Shown here: piece after piece, positions 41,981 to 47,783 of the stretch | Numbering within the stretch: the stretch's first letter is position 1 | Layout of the letters: the number at the start of each line of letters is the position of its first letter | Virus record (IMG/VR): IMGVR_UViG_2922289487_000003 | Coordinates: 97,731 to 145,513 of that record | Origin: a virus | Taxonomy: Duplodnaviria; Heunggongvirae; Uroviricota; Caudoviricetes | Reading direction: 5' to 3' (one strand) | Length of the DNA: 47,783 nt | Made by a program: the position numbers and the translations under genes | The notes under the pieces: model-generated | Seen by the model: the letters and a program-made list of their open reading frames with translations, nothing else | What the model was told of the DNA's origin: nothing | Databases searched by the model: none

Positions 41981-42319
41981 ATGAGCATGAAAGAAGAAGA
42001 ATACGGTAGCGATTACGAAGACTACGCCGACTTCCAGAACAAGGTGGACAGCGGAGAAGAACTTCCCGAAGAAAGGGAAGACGTTCATAACTACATCGAC
42101 GGTTACTTCCATCTGGACGAAGACTCAGGCGTGTTGAGTCACGGTGGAATCCCTGTCGGAAGAGTCATTATCGTGAGCGGGAAAATCTACACCGAGCTGG
42201 ATGCCAATAATTCCGAAACCCCTCGAGTCTCCGGCCCCTTCCGGACAAGACAGGAAGCAATCGACGATCTGTGGGGCGACAGAGATGACGCGTTTCAGGG
42301 CAGTGCAATACTGGAGTAA
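41981..42319 (+). CDS. Highly acidic hypothetical protein (112 aa)
   Basis: 28 D/E versus 9 K/R; RBS GAGGG. Confidence 0.7.
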   Translation: MSMKEEEYGSDYEDYADFQNKVDSGEELPEEREDVHNYIDGYFHLDEDSGVLSHGGIPVGRVIIVSGKIYTELDANNSETPRVSGPFRTRQEAIDDLWGDRDDAFQGSAILE

Positions 42320-42328
42320 AGCGTGAGG

Positions 42329-42487
42329 CTAAATCGTTACGCTTACCCTTAGCCCGATATACTGGATCTGGCTTCCCGCTCTGAACGTGCGAAGCTGATC
42401 TGGTCTCAACGTTATGTTGCGGGACAGACCATTTCCCGCTGATTTCAGGCGAGTGACTAATAAGGCTCGTTCCCGTAAGTTTCCCGG
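42329..42487 (-). pseudogene. Possible 3' remnant of a gene truncated by the IS
   Basis: Frame is open from the IS left end to the stop at 42329 (PGNLRERALL...VSVTI*). Confidence 0.35.
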
Positions 42488-42588
42488 TGTTAGCGCCAGT
42501 GATATAAGACGGTAATTCACCATTTGAATTGTCCGCTCCACCCAACATGTTGTTTCCTTGAGGTTCTCACACCAGAAAGGACATCAGC

Positions 42589-44555
<1,967 letters not shown>

Positions 44556-44612
44556 TGACCAATAGCGGACATTAAAAATGGCGAAAAACGGCCAACTATC
44601 TTGGCGTTGACA

Positions 44613-44747
44613 ACTGAAAATTCCTGGGTTGTCGGGCGTTGTGAATCCTACGACAAAAAGACTGGTTACCGCTGGGGCGCGCCTAACATGCGCCGCCGGT
44701 TGCTCCTGGACAGTATCAAGCCAATCAGCGCGGAGATCGTACAATGA
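44613..44747 (+). pseudogene. 3' remnant of a small lambdoid prophage gene cut by the IS
   Basis: TENSWVVGRCESYDKKTGYRWGAPNMRRRLLLDSIKPISAEIVQ*; stop overlaps the next ATG (ATGA); no start codon. Confidence 0.6.
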
Positions 44748-45821
44748 GCAAGTCGAGCATGGACTATTACTTTGATTTTCCTGCGTCCCGAGGATTGCAG
44801 GGGAATACATTGATATTGCTGATGAGCGTTCCCGGAAGAGTTTTAACTCGTGTTCTTTCTTCAGATAATTACGGGCACACGCTTGAGCGCTCACAGCGTG
44901 AAATTAATAAGTCCCGCGTTAAGAAGTTTTACGATTATCTGGTGACGGCAACAGACAATAAAGAGCCATTCATTATCCCGCCGTTGGTTGGTAACTGCGC
45001 TTCTCATGTTGAGTTTGAAGAATTCGGTAATACAAACGTTGGGGTTGTCCGGTTCCCTATGGACGCCGAGATAAAACTTTTTGATGGTCAGCATCGCGCC
45101 GCTGGTATATCTCAGTTCTGCAAAGAATACGATATAAACCTGCATGTTCCTTTAATGATGACTCTGCAACTTCCGCTTAAGACACGTCAGCAATTTTTCT
45201 CTGATATCAATTACAACGTTTCCAAACCATCCGCCGCTATCAACATGGCCTATAACGGCAGGGATCAGATTGCCCAGATGATGGTGTCCTTCCTCTCCAC
45301 TCACGCAGTGTTCTCGGAGATCACCGACTTTGAACACAGCGTAGTTCCGGCAAAAAGCGACTTCTGGGTAAGTTTTAAGGCTGTTGGCGATGCAACCGCA
45401 AAATTCGCGGGTAACGGGGACGAAGCGCTTTCTACTGGTGATGTGTATGGCCTATGGGAAGCGTGGCTGAAACTGACAGCGATTGAAGGTATCCGACACG
45501 GTGTATCACCCGCTGAATACAAACGAGATTACATTCAGTTTCACGCCGTAATGATCAATGCGTTCGGTTTCGCGATCCAGGAACTGCTGAGGCATCGCCC
45601 TGCACACATCATCGTGCAGATGATTGAAGAGCTGGTGACAAAAGCCACAATGACCGAACTGGAAGACTTCTTCCTTATATCTTCATGGGGGGGGGGTTTG
45701 CGCTGATACCAGTAAGGAGAGAGCAACTGTTATTGCCAGCGTCCCTGCACAAAAAGCCGCAGCGCAGAGACTGGTTGCAGCTATAACGACGGGAACATTT
45801 ACCGAGGCGCGCGAAGCATGA
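44744..45821 (+). CDS. DGQHR-domain (DndB-like) protein; stops at 45706 as written, but a G10 tract at 45687-45696 shifts it out of the frame that ends at 45821
   Basis: SQREIN..R, IIPPL, LFDGQHRAAGI, QQFFSDIN; with G9 the frame continues to a TGA overlapping the next ATG. Confidence 0.85.
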
Positions 45822-46372
45822 ATACGATAACCAAAGAATTTCCGAAAGAGGAATTGATAGCGCTCGCGCTTGCTGAAATAGCGGCGCGCCGTTTCATGAT
45901 TGAATCAGGAACATACGGCGCTGATGTTGTGGAGTTTTATCGGCGGAAACTGGTCCTGAGTAAAATCTCGCTGGCATCACTGGAGGCTGGACCGGTAGTC
46001 ACATTTTATCGGGATGGGATAGAGGCCGCTGCTATATGGGTGGATAAGCTGCGTGATGCATACGACAGTGAACACGGACGGCACGATCACGACACAGGTA
46101 ATTTCGAGTTCGGCAATGATGCCCAGCGCGATTATTCAGCCACGCTGGAAGAGATCGCCGGGGGGATTCGGGCGTTGCACCCAAATGCCGAAAACTCACT
46201 GGCTATGTCGGATTCCGCACCAATTTACCAAGTGCAATACGGTGATGACTGGCGTGATATTGAGCGTGCTCAATACGACGACCACGCCGTGCACGGTTCG
46301 CCAGTTCGCGTTGTCTATACCGCCCCACCAATGCCAGGTGAATTAATACCAACCACCAGCACTGATATTTGA
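45818..46372 (+). CDS. Lambdoid prophage accessory hypothetical protein (Ea/Ead-region type)
   Basis: MNTITKEF..E.LI..., LASLEA.PV, VYTAPP motifs typical of such mosaic genes. Confidence 0.6.
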   Translation: MNTITKEFPKEELIALALAEIAARRFMIESGTYGADVVEFYRRKLVLSKISLASLEAGPVVTFYRDGIEAAAIWVDKLRDAYDSEHGRHDHDTGNFEFGNDAQRDYSATLEEIAGGIRALHPNAENSLAMSDSAPIYQVQYGDDWRDIERAQYDDHAVHGSPVRVVYTAPPMPGELIPTTSTDI

Positions 46373-46414
46373 TGTTACAGCCCGGGTGCAGCCGGGCCTT
46401 GTGGAGAAAAATAA

Positions 46415-46651
46415 ATGTCACGAATGATCCCCCTACTCGACTGGGCTACTGAGGAGTTCGGAGAGCAAGCACCAAGTGAGCGTATCCTTAAGAAATACGC
46501 TAAAGGCAAAATGATGATACCTCCAGCTGTTAAAGTGGGTCGTTACTGGATGGTAGACCGTAATGCTCGATTTATTGGTACGCTTGCCGAACCGAAAATT
46601 CCAGCAAACGCCAGTCCAAGATTACAACGGATTATTACAGATGGCTGCTAG
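46415..46651 (+). CDS. xis: Excisionase
   Basis: 78 aa, L.DWA.EEFG..APS..IL.KYAK...PP..KVGRYWMVD; overlaps int. Confidence 0.8.
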   Translation: MSRMIPLLDWATEEFGEQAPSERILKKYAKGKMMIPPAVKVGRYWMVDRNARFIGTLAEPKIPANASPRLQRIITDGC

Positions 46652-47783
46652 ACCACGTTCTCACAAAATTTCAATTCCGAATCTTTACTGCAAGCTGGAT
46701 AAGCGGACGGGCAAGATTTATTGGCAATACAAACATCCTGTTTCCGGCCGCTTTCACAGCTTAGGTACTGATGAAGCGGAAGCTAAACAGGTTGCATCCG
46801 AAGCGAACACTATCATTGCCGAACAACGGACTCGGCAGGTTCTCAGTGTTAACGACCGTCTTGCCAGAATGAAAGGCAGGAGAACTGACATTACTGTCAC
46901 TGAGTGGATTGATAAGTATATTGAAATTCAGGACGAACGGTTAAAACACAGTGAAATCAGACCTAATTCTTATCGACAGAAAGCAAAACCAGTCAGGTTA
47001 TTTCGCGAACATTGCGGAATGCAATATTTGAAAGATATTTCTGCATTGGATATCTCTGAGATAACGGATGCAGTTAAGGCTGAAGGCCATAATCGTATGG
47101 CGCAGATTGTTCGCATGGTTTTGATTGATGTATTCAAAGAAGCGCAACATAACGGTCATGTCCCACCAGGCTATAACCCTGCCCTGGCGACCAAGCAGCC
47201 GAGAAACAGGGTCACTCGTCAGCGTCTTTCTCTGGAAGAGTGGAAAACTATATATGAAGCTGCCGAAAGGCAAGAACCATACCTCCAGTGTGGAATGTTG
47301 CTCGCGATAATAACAGGTCAGCGTTTGGGCGATATCTGTAACATGAAGTTTAAAGACATATGGGACGATATGCTCCATGTCGAACAGGAAAAAACAGGAT
47401 CGCGCTTAGCCATACCATTGGACTTGAAATGTGAAGCCCTGGGTTTAACTCTTCGGGACGTTGTATCTAAATGCCGGGATGCAGTCATCAGTAAATATCT
47501 TGTGCACTTCAGACATACCACCTCACAAGCGAACCGCGGTGATCAGGTTTCAACCAGTTCTTTAACTTCTACATTCAAAAAAGCACGCGACAGAAGTGGA
47601 CTGAATTGGGATAAAGGAACCCCACCCACTTTTCACGAACAGCGATCATTATCAGAACGCTTGTACAGAGAACAAGGTGTCGACACGCAAAAATTACTCG
47701 GCCATAAATCAAGAAAAATGACAGACAAATATAATGATGACAGAGGAAAAGATTGGGTGATCGTCAACACAAAAACTGGGTGA
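46641..47783 (+). CDS. int: Tyrosine integrase, lambda family with N-terminal arm-binding domain
   Basis: MAARPR start; GQRLGD (R), QEKTG (K), FHEQR (HxxR), LLGH, KY (Y); stop at the last base. Confidence 0.93.
   Translation: MAARPRSHKISIPNLYCKLDKRTGKIYWQYKHPVSGRFHSLGTDEAEAKQVASEANTIIAEQRTRQVLSVNDRLARMKGRRTDITVTEWIDKYIEIQDERLKHSEIRPNSYRQKAKPVRLFREHCGMQYLKDISALDISEITDAVKAEGHNRMAQIVRMVLIDVFKEAQHNGHVPPGYNPALATKQPRNRVTRQRLSLEEWKTIYEAAERQEPYLQCGMLLAIITGQRLGDICNMKFKDIWDDMLHVEQEKTGSRLAIPLDLKCEALGLTLRDVVSKCRDAVISKYLVHFRHTTSQANRGDQVSTSSLTSTFKKARDRSGLNWDKGTPPTFHEQRSLSERLYREQGVDTQKLLGHKSRKMTDKYNDDRGKDWVIVNTKTG

Noticed and set aside
44744-45821. Phosphorothioate (dnd) modification system
   Set aside because: Only a DndB-like DGQHR gene is present; no dndA/C/D/E or ssp genes in the window.
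46563-46640. Extended integrase start given by the ORF track (46563)
   Set aside because: Family members begin at MAARPR (ATG 46641), which overlaps the xis end; the extension lies within xis.

Overview
The window is mostly a 42.5-kb segment of a large enterobacterial phage-plasmid (architecture and protein content resemble the SSU5/pHCM2 group; inferred, not database-checked). In order it holds: the 5' part of a DnaB-like helicase operon; an AT-rich cassette of two membrane-protein genes; a ParA plus RHH partition pair; an AtaRT/KacAT-type GNAT toxin-antitoxin pair; a lysis cassette; a complete lambda-like siphovirus tail, head and packaging module (minus strand); a six-gene ParB/ParB/ABC-ATPase/HExxH/GNAT/wHTH operon just upstream of the terminase; an SF2 helicase; and an array of small early genes, several with near-identical promoter-operator cassettes. 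An IS21-family element (42488-44612) with no target duplication joins this to a 3.2-kb piece resembling a lambdoid prophage end (truncated gene, DGQHR/DndB-like gene frameshifted at a G10 tract, xis, integrase). Reading the DNA directly shows two dispersed palindromic motif families (a 20-bp late-type motif in 9 copies; a 17-bp operator in 9 copies), two homologous ~65-bp palindromes 28.5 kb apart in inverted orientation, a heptamer array between parA and the TA genes, a CGCG-saturated non-coding block, and a -1 frameshift in the tail chaperone genes. No tRNA, rRNA or CRISPR array was seen. Several starts were moved from the ORF track to better-supported downstream codons. All product calls are by motif recognition and synteny only.
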